A stretch of 64,000 nt of DNA, from the NCBI GenBank assembly GCA_002633005.1, contig NMRA01000230.1, positions 509,271 through 573,270 on the forward strand. The letters are read 5' to 3'. A model generated the notes under the pieces. The model did not search any database, was not told the DNA's origin, and saw only the letters and a list, made by a program, of their open reading frames with translations. This DNA is from Phoronis australis (lineage: Eukaryota > Animalia > Phoronida). The first letter of the stretch is position 1, and every line of letters starts with the position of its first letter. The position numbers were made by a program, and so were the translations under genes. This document shows, in pieces, positions 24,801-40,225 of this stretch.

Positions 24801-27800
24801 CTGAAACAAAACAAATATTTGCCATACAGTATTAGTGCACGTGAACATGTAGACGCTATCCCTTTGCGTCAATGCCAAACAAGCCATAGACTTGGTGGAG
24901 ACGAATTCTGCCAGTGTTCAGTTTTCTAAACCTGTTCATATTTTTGGTTTGTATTCTGATCGTATGTGTTTTTGCATGCCAACATTGTGGTATTCGTCAT
25001 GTAGATATTAAATAATATGGGACTAAAATAACAAAGTTATTTTTGCCATGAAGTTTGTCAGGGGTGTAAATGTCTTTTAAAGTAACATTAGCGGTGAGAA
25101 AATCTTTTTCTCGCATCAGCCCTAGCGCGTAATCGAAGTTGAAACTGTCCCATCGCAACGAAGCGCTCTACCAGCTGAGCTAAATCTCACTCTCTGTAGG
25201 TGACGTATTTTTAGCGTAGGCCTACTTAATGTACCGACTTGTAATATGTCACAAAAACACAGCAGACTTTGTTCTTTATAGCTATGGTCAAAAAAGCTAC
25301 AACTTAAACAGCTATCCCTGGCCATTCAAAAGTAATCCCAAAACTGCGTTTTTCGAACTAAAAACTATAATGTGCACTTATTAAGTTAAATTTGAGTAAA
25401 AACAAACAGTAGTCAGAATAAGTGACGTTTCACGCAGCCACTTTACAGTATTCAGGGTTTTGGTAAACGCTCGTAATAACAATTATTGCGCTACTCGCAT
25501 TGAACACTGAAACGTGAAAAGACGCAGATTTATCGATTCATACAACTAGTTCGCTTAATTTTGTTTTTGCAAATGAAACAATCATATACTACAATTCCCA
25601 ATTTTCATTAATTTTTCATTAAGCACATAAATGATAATTGTCATTTAATTTCGTTTAGTGTTCAGACGTTTTACTACTTGAAGACCTGAACAACTCCATC
25701 TCTTGCTTTACGTGACATGTCGCGCTGAAAAGAATATCAACGTATTGGGCTAATTGATAATACATAATTTTAGAGCTAATCCTGGGAGTAGGGGGCACTG
25801 CCGCTGCACGGGATGCGTTTACGTATTGTGCAGATTTTTAAATACGAGCTACGAGAATCGATTATTCTACTACTCGGTTTCTGCATGTGTTGTTATTTCT
25901 TGGGAAAACTATTTGTCATTTGGCTGGTTGTTTTTAAAGGGTGAACTATTTTTCGTCAGTTTCCACTCATCTGAGACTGGTTGTAATTCTTGCAGCAAAA
26001 TCCACCTGTTTTAATCGGCTTTGACATTTTTACTGTCTACCAAACTTCCCTTTTCTTCCATGCAATGTTTTGTATGACTGAAATCAATCAATTTTTGTAA
26101 CTTCTAGTATCTGTTTTGCGGATCTATTTACACTGACCCATTGGGCCATTTCAAATCAAATGAAGAGGGGAAACATTTTGCAGCTAAAAGAGTTCAAATT
26201 TGTCAGGCTACCTGGGGTTTCTTTTAGCGTAACTCTTCATTTATTAACTTGATGGATCCGTTTTACAGATTTGGTGGGATGGAAAATGTCTATTTTGTTC
26301 TTAAAAAATTCACGTTCTGAGTATTCAGTTGGATTAACGTTATCTCAAGCCTTATTTAATGATCTCCATTCTAACTCGTATATTAAAACACCAGGCTATG
26401 TCAGCTAGTAAAAGTACATATTTTCTGAAAGAAAACAGTCCTGCAAGAGTTCATTTTAGCAGTGCGGACTGTTGTCCGTTTATGCACAACGGAGGACGGC
26501 TTCGATCTGACCGATAACATAAGCTAGCGCCCCAGTTGGCTGGTATCGACCGTAAAAGACACGTAGGTGCGGGTAGATACCCCTTGGCGAGCAAAGTTGC
26601 TTAAATTGTCCAAATCACAACTTACTTGTAGTAGTTAGATAAACCCACGAACACAAAAAAATCCCGGTGTGGTGAAAGAAATCAGCAGTATATACTTCTC
26701 TTTCCCACGCCATTTTACAAAAATTCCTCTGCCGAAAAGTTAATGTCGGGATTTTAAAAATGGTATCAAAAGTGAACCAACGCACCTTCTGATCTAGATT
26801 TTCCTATGACCCATATGGAAACGAAGGCAATCGTCTACCTACATATTTCAGCCAATCAGAACAAGAGGCTTTAAAAAGTGGAAACAGACGACTGATCGGT
26901 TTTTGGAACTTGTAATTTTTAACGACATTTTTTAATTTGGGACTCTTAATACTTATGAAAGTCATTAGAACATAATAGAGGGTGATTATTTTACAATCCG
27001 GGAATGTTTTGGAACTGCTGCGATGGAAAAACTTTCCACATTTCTTAACAAAGTCAGCACGTGTGGGAAGTCTGGTTTCTTATTCGCCAACCCTGCTCTC
27101 CTCTTATCTCTGAAAATTGAGCTTCCGGGGCGCAAGGTCATAAAATTTCTTCATCAAGGGGCATATGTTAAACAGAAATGTAGCGCTTAGGAGGGTTAGT
27201 AACCCAGCTTCTGAACACAGCTGGAGCAATCTTATCCCTGCCCGATCATATGAACATCTTTGAAACAGCGTGTATTCATTGATGGCAATTGAGAATGTGA
27301 TTCATCAATTTGTGTAATTTGTTTTAGCATGTGAGTGAAAATTCTTAGTTTTAGCTCGGAAACGCAACACAAAAATTGCGAAGTAATGGCAGCAAAATGA
27401 AATGATGCGAGTAGGTGAGAATTGATTAGGTACTAGGTTTACTTAACTCTCGCAATTTATCACTTTAGCACTTGTCGAAAGAAATGTTATTAGTTACTGT
27501 GACGGGATCGACTACTTCCAAAGAGTCCAGAGATATGAATGCGATAAGTGATTTAATTTTTTAGAATATCAACAGCCTGCAGCACTTCACTTGGAGACGA
27601 CATACACACATCTGCCTCGACGAGAGTTGCAACGGCTAGTTTTTAGCTAACAATGTTTCGGCCTTTCCGTATACAGCGGGAAGAAAAAGGATGATCCTAA
27701 ATGGCTATGAATGATTATCATCAAAATCTTCGTTTTCAGCAGGACATCAAACAAATCCTTAAGTGCAATACTTAGCTCGTTAGGTGATAACAATGACGGT

Positions 27801-29041
27801 AGATAATCACACTTGTTCAAATTAACATTAGAGAAATGGACATTACAGGTGTACATCTGACATTAAAGTGTCGTCTAAGGAAGTCGGGTGTACTCTACAT
27901 GACAGATTTTCAAATTAGTTTTCTAATCATCTGACTATGCTATTCTGCGATTTAGATATATGTTTCCAGGTATGATTCTTAAATAACCACGCAGTAGAAT
28001 TCTCTAAAGCATATTGGTGTAATTACTATTTTCGAAAACGAGACATTCCAACGCGCGTGCCTCCGCGTGAACTCATCGTGTCATCAATGAAACCAACATT
28101 CTGCTCCGCAATGCCCGTGTGTTCCTGTGATTCGTGGCAGAAGAGTCTACATACAAACTTTGGCCGAGTTCCATAGACTCAAGAATTCCACGAATAAGCT
28201 ATTGGGATTACGTGCCTTGCTAATAATGCATAGCGATATCTTTTCGCCAGTGTATCATATATTGTGTTTACGGAACCGGAAGCATTTAATTATTTCAGGG
28301 ATTACCTGCAGGATGGAGATAATCTAACTTCTTCGTGAAGTCTAAGTCAGTTATAGCTTCCGGATTATTTTAGAAAAAAATGTTGCACTCAAACAGTTTA
28401 CTTCATGTCCACTATCTAAAATGCAAATTGCAACAGTAAAAATCGAAAACACAAATGCACTATGTTCAACCTAACCATCCGTGTACGACTCATTATAGGA
28501 AGTGGTTTCCATAATGGAATAGATCATTCAGCAAGTAAAAACGCTGTCAAAAAGACATAGTTTCTGATCGCATGTAGGTTAGACAGCCTTTCTACAAATA
28601 CGTTAATTCATAACGAATTCAGGCATTCTGATTGTAAAAATCAGTTTCTTTCATGCTAAGGGAAGCTTTCAGACGATTTCCTACACGTGGGGTATACAGG
28701 CATTAAAAAATTGACCTGCGTTTTCTTGGTACAAGTGCTTCGCTTCGACGCGAATGACTCGGGCTTAAAATCATGAGTGCAGTTGATTGATTACGTGTCG
28801 TTTTAAATACGACGAACTGTTAAGAGCATCAGAAGCAACATAGCATAAAATAATCACATCTTGCCCTCGCATTTCGACGAAAATAGGAGAAAAGACTTCC
28901 TCCTGGACAAAAAAGCGCAGTTTTGGAAATGCACGTGATTGGTATCACTGGCTCTCCTTCAATGCTCTAATTTGTAATTCGAATAGTCAGTACATAGGGT
29001 TCGGGGAAAACAAAAAAAGTTTGGCAGGGAAGCATCCGTAG

Positions 29042-29197
29042 CAGGGGCGGATCCAGGATTTTCAGTTGGGAGGGGGGGCAGGGCAGAGTATTAGACAGGA
29101 TTTTGCCCGTCAGAGATTGCCCCCCGAACTGTCAAATGTAATCTGGGAGAATTTTAGGAGGGCATGGACCCCTTGACCCCCTCTAAATTCGTCACTG
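29042..29197. mobile_element. hAT-like MITE related to 9950-10255 (opposite orientation)
   Basis: CAGGGGCGGATCC...TTCGTCACTG, flanked by the direct repeat CGTAG. Confidence 0.7.
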
Positions 29198-29249
29198 CGT
29201 AGCGAGTACTTGGGAAAGACGGTGCAGAGACAGCAACGACAGCGGAATG

Positions 29250-29926
29250 GGAGATAACTAGGATTACAAAGAGAACTTCGCGTGGTACTGTAGCAATAGA
29301 CATATGTTATCAAAGGCTGTAACTACATAGAATTTCCAATTGCTTATTAAAGTCCCAAAGGAATTTCATGGCAGGTATCTACAACGGCGTAAAGACATGC
29401 TGCCCCAAGACGTCATAACCGCAAACTTATCGATAATATCGTCAAAATAATTCTGGCTATGGTATTCCTTTTCAATATAGTTATTAGGAAAGCATTATTT
29501 TTGAAGCTTGAGATTTCTATGCGACAGTTCCTGTGTGGATTATTGTTTGACGTAGGATTTCTCGAGGATTACTAGTAACTTAATTCGNGGAGATAACTAG
29601 GATTACAAAGAGAACTTCGCGTGGTACTTTAGCAATAGACATATGTAATCAAAGGCTGTAACTACATAGAATTTCCAATTGCTTATTAAAGTCCCAAAGG
29701 AATTTCATGGCAGGTATCTACAACGGCGTAAAGACATGCTGCCCCAAGACGTCATAACCGCAAACTTATCGATAATATCGTCAAAATAATTCTGGCTATG
29801 GTATTCCTTTTCAATATAGTTATTAGGAAAGCATTATTTTTGAAGCTTGAGATTTCTATGCGACAGTTCCTGTGTGGATTATTGTTTGACGTAGGATTTC
29901 TCGAGGATTACTAGTAACTTAATTCG
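29250..29926. repeat. 338-bp direct duplication across an N, probably an assembly artefact
   Basis: 29250-29587 and 29589-29926 are nearly identical (two substitutions seen) and are separated by the single N at 29588. Confidence 0.85.
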
Positions 29927-31711
29927 AGTGCCAAGGGCCTTAAAACATAAAGTTACATATATTTCTGCAAATTTAACTATAAAACCGTAATAGGCTACCG
30001 CATTGAACGCGTTTAAATTTTGAAAATGTTTGGGGAAGCACCCCCCAACTATCCGTCGAATACCCCCAATTCCCATACTTTTCGCCCTATGTCCCCGGTC
30101 AGGAATCTTTTCACATTCCTCACAAAGAGATTCCTAGCTGACAACTGCAGATTTTAAACAAAATCTTAAGATGCAGAAAACTCGAAACGTGCAGTTTTTA
30201 TAGTGCGTTGCAAATAACCACATGATTTAATGTATCTAAAGAATTCACCGCTTTTGGATTTTAATGTGAATACGCGGAAAGTCTACATAATTCAGTTGAT
30301 CATAGTGTTTTAACGAATTATGACGTGGGTTGATGAAAATCTAAAAACTAGATCATATGCCTTCGCAAACGCCCACGATAAAAAGTTTACAATTCATAAT
30401 TTCCTCCGGAGTTTAATATTTTTACACGAAATCTAAAATATTTTTGACATTTCCGCTCCCCCTAAGTGTGAACTGAAGATAGTTTTCTGCTCTTCTGTGC
30501 TTGAGTTCATTATGGATTACATAAACGAGTGAACAGTTCAAACTGGCACTTGATGACCCATAGATTCCGACTCCAGGTTTGCAATCTTGCCCGTGTCCAT
30601 AGTTTCTCCTACACGTATTTTGTGTAGTACTCACACAGTAGGCCGAACATTTGCACAGGTTATTGATGTGAGATGCGCCACAATTATTATACAGGTCGAC
30701 AATGAAATGTGATGCAAATGTATCAGGTTGTGTATTGTTTGCATTTGATGTGAAGTGGGATTGAATATTTATTCGATTTTGTTAATTACTCGGAGACAGC
30801 CGTCATAAATTGGTGATGGTTTTGTTGATTCTGTTCTATTGTTTTACATGTTTGCTATTTGCTCGTCTACAGAGGCGTTCGGAAATTAACGGGCCTCCAA
30901 ACCGTTAGCGTATCATTGACACGTTTTGTAAAACTTCAACAATGGTTCAATGTAACAATGAAACACGTATCAGCGCCATAATTAAAGAGCTTTCGAAACC
31001 CACTAGCTGCTCAACCCTTGTAACTAGTTAGATACCGAAAGCTGGGCAAAGCTCGTGACGCGGTGTTACGGGCGGAGTGATGAGACTGCTGGTCAAATTT
31101 TGTTTACATGTATATTTACCGTCTTTACTTGTTTGTACAAACAAGAGAAGTAACACAATAAATTACATTAATCTTCACACTCTATACAATATTAGTGCCC
31201 ATTGTTTCGAAAGTCTCGTGAAGTAATATAAGAATTGAATGAAAGCTAAATACATCATACAGCGCCACAAAAACATGCTAACTTGCGGTGATGGGTCCTG
31301 CACTGAGAATTGGAAGTCGTCATGAGCTACACGGACTCGTCGTGAGCAATTTGAGATTAGAAAAGACAGGAGGTGAAAAGAGTTGACTTAAAAAGCAACT
31401 AAATATTCTTGTAGTATATTAAAACAGTTCTGTCTAATTTTGTAAGCGTGTAGCAAGTGCTTGGTGCTTCACGAGAAGCTGAAATGAAAAACCATTGCAA
31501 TCCAGTAGCCGTGGCGTAACGAAAAATCCTAGACACCTGAGGACGTTTGCAATAAAATTATACATTTTTATTGGGCTGTTTAAATACACTTTACAAAATG
31601 TGAAATAAATTAGGTAGAGGTGCAGAAGCTGCAAACGTTTCAATAGAAATCGTGCTTGAGTAACAAAGATGTGGAATGTATGAATTAGGAAGTCAAATAA
31701 GAGCCTCTCGC

Positions 31712-31840
31712 AGTAGTAGTATTTGGGGTGGTGGTGGTGGTGGTGGTGGTAGTGGTAGTGCTAATAGTAGTTGTGGTAGTTGCTGTTGTTGTTACTGTTG
31801 CTGTTGTTGTTGTTGTTATATGACTGACCTAGTAGTTGTA
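31712..31840. repeat. (GGT/AGT/GTT)n trinucleotide low-complexity tract
   Basis: Direct inspection. Confidence 0.9.
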
Positions 31841-34800
31841 GTAAAACTCTTATTCAGGATAAAAACCTATTAAGTATTGCAATACAGTATTGCTTCTTTA
31901 GAGTACTGATAAGAAATAAAATCTGACTAACAAAATGATACAAGAAAAGAAATGAAATATGGAATAAAAGGGTCTACAACAATACTGCCAACAAATGAAT
32001 GAAATGTTATACATTTACGCGTTATCCAGTTACCAGGATTCAAAGAAAACTGGAACGTATGGACTCACTCAGTCGGACATCAAAATCGAAATAGTTTCAC
32101 TCCAAAATGAGACTGGAATTTTTGAAAATACATTTTGCCATTGTCACTTGTTGACGGTGTATTGTTAACTTGATTTACTGGTTGTATTTTAACAAAGATG
32201 TTCTAGTGCCGTGCGATGGAGTCACTTGTGCACATCTGAACACATGTGGTAATCTCTACGCACATGAAGCTTCAGCCGGCCCAAATTGGAGAGCTATCAA
32301 CACCGGTATACATGTACCTACATGTATTTGAGTGCAAGAGAGCTCGTGTAGTCATATTCTGCAATCTCTGTAGACATTTAAGAAATTTTCGACTTCCCTT
32401 GTTGTACTACCAGCATAAAAACTGTATCGTTGGAATACATCACCGTTTTCAGTTGTCGATAACACTGTTCAGATTATTAACATCATTCAAAGGGAGAGGT
32501 CCCAGTACTTGGACAAAAATACGTACAAGGAATTCTGTTCGAGATGTATGACCTGACCTACTTCCCCTATAAACCTCTGAACCATTCATCATGTTCAGAT
32601 GTCAACCATGATGAACCTTGTCAAAGGCCTTTTTGAAGCTTAAAAACACGCCACCAACAATATGTCAGTTGTCCAAGGCGAATAGCAAGTAATCTTCACA
32701 CCAATTGGAGCATTTTCAGTGATTCATTCAGGTTTAAAATCAAACTAAACAACAAATGATATATTTTCCCACAGGCATTCAAAACCTGATGGTGAATAGC
32801 TACTATCGATAACTTCGAGATAGGTCTGCAGTCTCCGCTAGAATTTCGGTCACACTCTTGGAAGTTTGGGAACTCTTGGTTTCTCCCAATCAGTTGATAT
32901 TCAGTTCTTACCCTCAGCAAAGACACATGTAGGTTGAAAATGAACACCATTGTTATTCGTGTTGATGAATTGTTCATGTACGGTGTACTTCAGCAACTGC
33001 CATTTTGTTTTTGCTAGTTCTCAAAAGACGTTATTGGTAAGCTATTCATGCAGGTGGGCTTGTTTAAATCTGTCAACATGACATCATTCAAAGTTAATTG
33101 CCCGCACCATATTGGACATCGATTTCATAAGAATAGACCGGTGATGGAAATAACTATTCTATAGGATGTGTCTAACAGTATAAACATACATCAGGATTAC
33201 TTTGGCCTCAAATAAATGGAGTTCATTGTGACTCATTTCAAGGCATAAACAAAACGCGGCAGTCGGTCCGTCACGCTCTCGAATATGTTTCCTTTTTTAT
33301 CATGTGAAAAGACCAACTTTCAAAACACGGCTTTCGCACCCAAAACCTGGCTCCCGATTCACTATCATAGCTCATTGACTGCCCAACACGGTACACGGAC
33401 GGAGGTCGAGCGCTATGTTCAGTTTGTAAGTCCAGGCCGGCCATGAGTTAGTCGGAGACCTGGTGGTCGGTGAGCCGTGTTTGAAGTCCGGGATCGAACT
33501 TGTGTTTTGGGTGCGTGAGCAGCTTTTTAAAAGTCCGGTAACTCATCCAATATTCCTCAATTTCCGTATGACGTTATCGTATACATGTTAATTAATACAT
33601 ATACATGTAGAAAGGTCTTTACGTATGCCGTCGTACTGAAACTGACGAATACTGCACCAGCTAATGAAACCGTGTTTGTGAGTGGGCGAACTGAGTTCAT
33701 TATCCGGCCCGTGAAATTAGATACGTGTTCACAAGTGCGGCCAATCGGATTGTTCCCACCCCCTGCCATTGCATGATAACACGCACAAGATGACGTATGC
33801 TTTTCAATAGCAAGTGGATTCCAACGTCACCGTTTTACATGACGTCGCCTACTCGACTTCCGGTTGGTGATTTCTAATACCGCGTGTTTGTTCAGCATAA
33901 ATTTCTCGAAAAACGTTGACTGTACACACTTATTTATTTATATGTTTCTCGTTCCATTTTGTTTCTGTAATGGGTGTCATCTGTTCACTCTGACGAAGAG
34001 ACGGAGATGTAAATAAAACATTCCATCATTGCTTCATTTGTTGATTGGTTTCGCAACTTCGTGGGCTTGTCATTACGTAATCAGCATCCACTTTCTGTTA
34101 AGAACGACATTTCTGGTAATATAACTAATGTATCGATTACTGTCAATTTACTTGCATAATTTCAACTAGATTTGAGTCCCAACTGACACTCGGTTATTTG
34201 GGGGTAAAATCAAACACTTAATAGCATGCAGGTAATTTCAAATTTTTACGTACGTGACTACTAATAACAGGCATTTCTGAGAATCGATTATCAACTAAGT
34301 TGCCTGTTGACGCCAACGAGGACTGCGAATCAGCACTCTAGAACCTCTTTTAGCCTTGTAGATAATTAGTATTACAGGAATTCCTCGAGTAATTGACACC
34401 TATACCCATACGAGGATCAGATGCCGGACCATGATGTAGAAGGTTGTTAGTCCATGCTCAGACGTGTGGGTGAACTGTACACTAAACTTTGTCTCAGATT
34501 ATCTTTAATTATGCTGATACGGGATTTGGTTTCCTTTTAAGCAATAACTTTTTTAAAAAATAAAAATTAACTACTATTAGATGATGTAAATCTTTGAGAC
34601 AAAAAAATCCTTCTACGCTCGTGAAGCTTTCAAAGTTTGAAGCACATCTGAATACATTTTCAAAGTCTGCTAAATCTTCAAGCGGGGTGAATAACGCTTG
34701 AAGCGAATTTTTAGACGTCCTTGAAGAACTAGTACTAGTTAAATCGAAGCACAGGGTCCGTCTTGTAACACAACAAAGGTGTGTCTTAGCTGAAGATAAA

Positions 34801-37315
34801 TTAATCTCATGGTAGGTACCAATTGACAGAACAAATTTTGTTAAAATCATTAATTGCAGCAGGACAATAGTTCTAAACTGCGGGGCATGACCCCTAGTCC
34901 CCATTACAAATCTGCACTTGCTTTTTATACGTGTCAATTCCTAACATTTTGTAGTATGGGAGCCCCGGCTGCGAACGGGAAGAATGTTCCAAGCGCGCTA
35001 GACATATAAATATTTACAGACACGCTCCACAAGGTTACTAAACCGTGGAACACAATTTTGCCCTAATATTGCAAATCAAAATCGTACCTGTGGTAGTTGC
35101 AGGGCCTGAATGAAGCAAAATACAGTACCACTTCCTAACCAAAAACAAAAAAATCATTTAAAGAAAGAAGTCGGCAATTTATGCAAAAAATGTCAACATT
35201 TTCCACACACACATGTTTTGCACGCGACGCTATCCTGTCGCTGAGTATATACTGCCGTAAGTTGATGTCGTGATTTGTGAAAAGATGTCAACATTTAACC
35301 TAATGACTTAGTTTAAATGCCATTGGTTGATATAGAAACGAGATTGACCTTTAAGATTTTAATTTGGCGGAAGTGGAAAAAGACGTCGAAGTCGCAATTT
35401 TGGAAGTTGCCTTTTCATCGACAATTTTTTTCTTTAATTTTGGGTTTGCTAATTCTCGTGCAGAAAACGTGAAGAGAACAGAGGATGATCATTTTAAAGG
35501 TATGTTTTTGAACTATTGTTAAGGTCGCACATTCTACATTTCGTCAAATTTCTTTGACAACCGCCGCTAGCAAAAACTGCAAGCAAAGCCAGCACTTTTG
35601 AATAGCAGTGGTTTGGGACTGGAGCGCGCAGTCCTTAATGAAACATGAATAAAATGACCAAACTTGAACAGAATTGCAGGAATTTACCTCAGACAACACT
35701 TCAACATTTGTTCAGAGCTTTTTCATCAAAAGTACTTCAATTTTTTACATGGCTGTGTTTCCATTTCGCTTTTGTTTTCGTAAACATAAAAAAAATCCTA
35801 CGTTGACATCCTCGCAATTCGAGCAGTTTTCTTCAGGCATTGATCAAAGACGCCATGCTGTTGTAGTTAATTACATCACCTCAGACTGCGGATGTTATCA
35901 TTCTCAAAAAACTTTGAACAGTTTTGTTGTCATAATACATAATTTTCATTAATTCTTCTGGGTGTGTAGCAAAATTGGCACGAAAATCTGTGGGACCAAT
36001 GACCCTCGACTTCTCCGTTTGTTGAACCACGTGATCTTTCCTATAGCCCGTTACTCGCAAGCTCACTTTGCCCCTCAAGAGATTTTGTAGTTCTGGCATG
36101 ATGTTCAACAACACAGTGTTAGTTACCACCAAAATTGAATAGCTGGTTAGCAATTATAATTATCAGGCTTAGGGTTTCCAAGGCGGATTTGACCATTTAC
36201 GAAGGCACGTTTTGTACAGTTATGCCGCCAAGAGGCCGAGAATCTGCAAACTTCGACATCTAGCATGACAGTGTAGCGCTCGATTTCTTTCTTAAATGTT
36301 AATTCTAGAGTGGTTATTCATCCAAAAAGCTCTGTTTTGCCAAAGGGTTTTGGTTTACCTGGGTAGGAAGGGGTAATAATTAATGATATGCCAATATTGC
36401 GTGCACGTGTGTAAAGCATGTTGTGCATGCAATTCGGGCAAGAAATGTTAAAGTAAGTGGGTTGAGTTGCCCGAAACTGATAATTGACGAGATCTCGGTT
36501 ACAACAAGCCTTTGATAAGTTCAGCGGCGGAGGTTTACGACCAATACTTTACCGTCCATGCAGACACAAGTTTAGACATTTCTTGTCCAGGAAGAACGGA
36601 TGTTTTGTGACATTGAAATGTAATGGCGTTGTTATTGTCTCAAACCCCGTCAGTTCGGATATCAAACATAAACTGGTGAACTCCTTCAGAACCATGACCA
36701 CGCCTACTTAACAGATGAACTGCATTAAATTACATTCCCCTCCTCCATTGCACGACATTTGTACGATGTAAAATGGCTCGCGTGTACGTCAGCAACAAGA
36801 AACGAAACCCGAAAGTGTTTCTTTTGTTCCAGAGCTATAAAATCAGTGTGGTAATGGAGTTAGGTTCCATAGGCAATATCGTTAGGCGTAATCTCCCTTA
36901 ATGATGAAGATTCAAATCCCGTTTCCAATACCACCAAACTTATTTACACATCAGCCCAATTCAATTAGGCCAGATCGGTAGCGAACGGGTCATTATAAAA
37001 GCCTGAATAGGATTTCCGTCGGACAGTTTTATCCCTAGCTAGGAAAAACAGTAATTCTAAAATCAATGAGAGATACAGTATTATTAGTTTATTACTCGTT
37101 GTATTATGGGATTACGTTAGGACAGCACACCAGTGTGGGGATCCTGCTGGTCACATTATCGACTCTAGTCCCGCCTCACTCAATACAGTGTCAAGGGACA
37201 ACCGCATTAAGACAAGGATTCCTCTAAGCATTTTGATCATCAATATCTATGATGAACGCAAATCTCCCCAAGCTTTTGTATACAGTGTGTAAAGTTAAAG
37301 TGTGGTGCATATAAT

Positions 37316-37560
37316 ATATGTATATATCCATTGATTATTTGTATTTATGTATGTATGTATGTATGTATGTATGTGTGTGTGTATGTATATACATGTATGT
37401 ACATGTATGCATGTGTGCTTGCATGCATGCGTGCATGTATGTATGTATGTATGTGTGTCGGGTGTGTATGTATGTATGTATGTATGTATGCATGCTTGCA
37501 TGCATGCGTGCATGTATGTATGTATGTATGTATGTATGTATGTATGTATGTATGTATGTA
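37316..37560. repeat. (TATG/CATG)n microsatellite
   Basis: Direct inspection; explains the cluster of spurious ORFs. Confidence 0.95.
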
Positions 37561-39719
37561 CTTACCAAAATTTCTCTCAAGTTCTTATGTTATGAATTGT
37601 CTAATTTCGTGGAGAAAAAAGTTTATAAGGACGTTGAAGGCGAAAAACGTTAGCGTTCTAAGATGTGCCTCAACGCGTATTCGTCCACGCAACCTCCGTA
37701 GTCGCAGCATCTGACGCTTTGCTGGCGGAACGCAATCCCGCTAGATGAGTGGCAGAGCATTTTATGTGTTTCCACTGGTAAAATCACGGACCTTGATTTC
37801 ACGGAATGTCTGGCAGACAACGGTGAGAACTGGCGATTTGTAACATTATCAGAACCACGCGACGGACTTTGGTTGTTTCATAGCTCTGATCAAAGCTGAT
37901 AACTTCAAGAAATCTACCCCGTCTAACAACAATTTCAAAAATTCGTTTTTCGACCGAAAAATGATAGTGTCCCTTAAATTACAACTTTAAGAAAACGTGG
38001 AAATTAACTTTTAATTGCAAACCCTCAAATACAGATTTATACATGAAAATGATCAATAGCTGGTGAAAACAAATAGATTTAATGTTTACAATTATTCATT
38101 GATCCTTTTGTACCTGAGCAAAATTACTGTTGTCTTTCGCAAATTTTGTAAAAACCAATATTTCTTGTTGGTTGTACGATTAAGCAATTTCGTGCACAGA
38201 ACAAAGCGCTAATGGAATGATGGCGTTTCGTTGGCTTCCATTTAGTTTCTGCTCATAGAACAAAGCATGGTCAATCCATATTGTGTTTGTATGTACATTA
38301 TTAAGGTAGAAAATTGCAATTTGTAGCAGGTATCTAAAGGGAATTTTACAATTATAGCTTAGATCATGCAATTATGTAGTTTACGTGTATGAAGCAATTA
38401 CTATGCTCCATTAATTCGTTAAGCCGTTAAATCTTCGCAAAAGGCAATTTTCTCGGATGGGTGCAATTACTCACCGGGTAAACTTTTCTCCAAGCCTTCG
38501 GCTCACTATCATCGTTTTAAAGATTTTGCTCAACTACAAGACCTGATCAGGGTAATCTACTATGTTGCGTGCACTGTTCTCCAAAACGCTATTAAGAATT
38601 GTAAGTTCATAAAATGGTCCACTTTTGCATGAGAGTCTATCGAAAAATAGAAGTTCTATGACTTACGTAAAAAAAAAATAAAAAGTTTCATAAACAGAAA
38701 CCGAAATATTGATTTAGAGAACTACACCGTAAAATCTTTGTTGAGATTTCATTTTGAACGTTTATATCACACGAAATTTTGTCTTGTACTTAATTCCTTT
38801 CTTTTTGCTAAATTTCACTGAAAATCACATGGTTACGTAACCTAATTACTGACAGATTGGCAAGAAACTAAAAAGTCAAATTCTACAAGCATTCTACTTT
38901 CAGAAAATATTGATTATACTGGGATAAAATCAACAGTTTTCTAGATATTTGGCTCACTTGTTAACTTGTTCACTAAGTCCTACAAAACCTTGAATCACGT
39001 TTGCACCCAACGATCAACTCTACTAGCTTCAGGAGTCATCGTGTAAAATTACTTTCACATGCAGGGGCGCTAAGGGGACATGTTTATAATCCGATTCTAA
39101 ATTTGTCGTCAAAGATATCGATCAGTTTTTTCTAGCATGGAGCTGACGTTGTTAAACTCTTCATGAAACATTCATTGCTAAGCTGACGGTAAGGAAGATA
39201 TCAATAAATGGAAAAACAAAACAAAAGAGTCTACCTCTACATATATGAAAAAAGATAAGGATTTATTGCTTTACCAAGAGTCAATTAAGAGTTGATTTAT
39301 GTGTAGATCTAAGGCTTTTTAACAATTGTCACTTAATGATAACCGTTCAGCTGGAACTTTTAACATTCATATTTAAAGAATTCTTTTTAAACAAATCTCC
39401 ACTCTTTCGCATTTCACTATTCCTTTTTCGTTTATGCTGCAATAAAGATATCAAGTAGTTCATTCATACAGTTCTTCAACGGTAAGAAATTGTGAGAGCT
39501 CAAAACCATCAGTCATACGCACTTTTAGAGCACGTCATCAAAACTCCATTGAAATCTACCTACAGCACATAAAACACTGCAATGACAGTCCTCCAATAAG
39601 GAAAATTTTACCATACACACAAGGCATTTTGATAACCAAAGTTCCCGATACCCCTTATTGAGTTTTCCTGGAATTCAATTGTGACTTTAAAAGCTTCATG
39701 TAACAAATACTGTTACCAT

Positions 39720-39945
39720 TGATATTATTGTTAATGTTATTGTTATCATTTCCTCACCATCGTCATCATCGTCGGTATTATCATTATTATTAATATCGTT
39801 TGTTTATTATCGTTATTGAGGTCGATGTCAAGCTTTATCGTCAGTGGTGATGTTGCAAGTTTCGCTATTGTTGTCGTTGTTGTTGTTCTTGTTGCTAAAT
39901 GCCGTTGTTGGCGTTGTTCTTGGTGTCTTTTTTGGTGTCGTTGTG
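39720..39945. repeat. Degenerate (ATT/GTT/CAT)n trinucleotide tract
   Basis: Direct inspection. Confidence 0.8.
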
Positions 39946-40225
39946 AGGGTAATTGGTGCAATACTGATGTCAAGACAATAAGAAATGTTTGGCAATGCTC
40001 AATGATACTCTGGTTTTCGGTATTTTCATATCATAATGTTACAGGAGTTAGATACGCATACTCACTAGTGTTTTGTTGGAAATTTTGTTGATATCGATGA
40101 CTTTTTTCGATTGTCCTCAAACAGATTTACCAGGCACTGTTTCACATGAATGACAATTTCCAAGTTTAATAATGAAATTGTTCTACTTATAACAGGTAAA
40201 AGCTTGGGAGAAAAGGTATACTTAC

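Noticed and set aside
29200-29303. Signal-peptide-like MSIATVPREVLFVILVISHSAVVAVSA on the minus strand
   Set aside because: No good splice donor or promoter; the 40226-40268 exon fits much better
29250-29926. Recent tandem duplication
   Set aside because: The copies abut a single N, which is typical of unmerged allelic contig ends
31676-31873. Poly-Gly/poly-Cys ORF (metallothionein-like appearance)
   Set aside because: Translation of a trinucleotide microsatellite
37295-37714. Overlapping MYVC/HTYI-repeat ORFs
   Set aside because: Translation of a (TATG)n microsatellite
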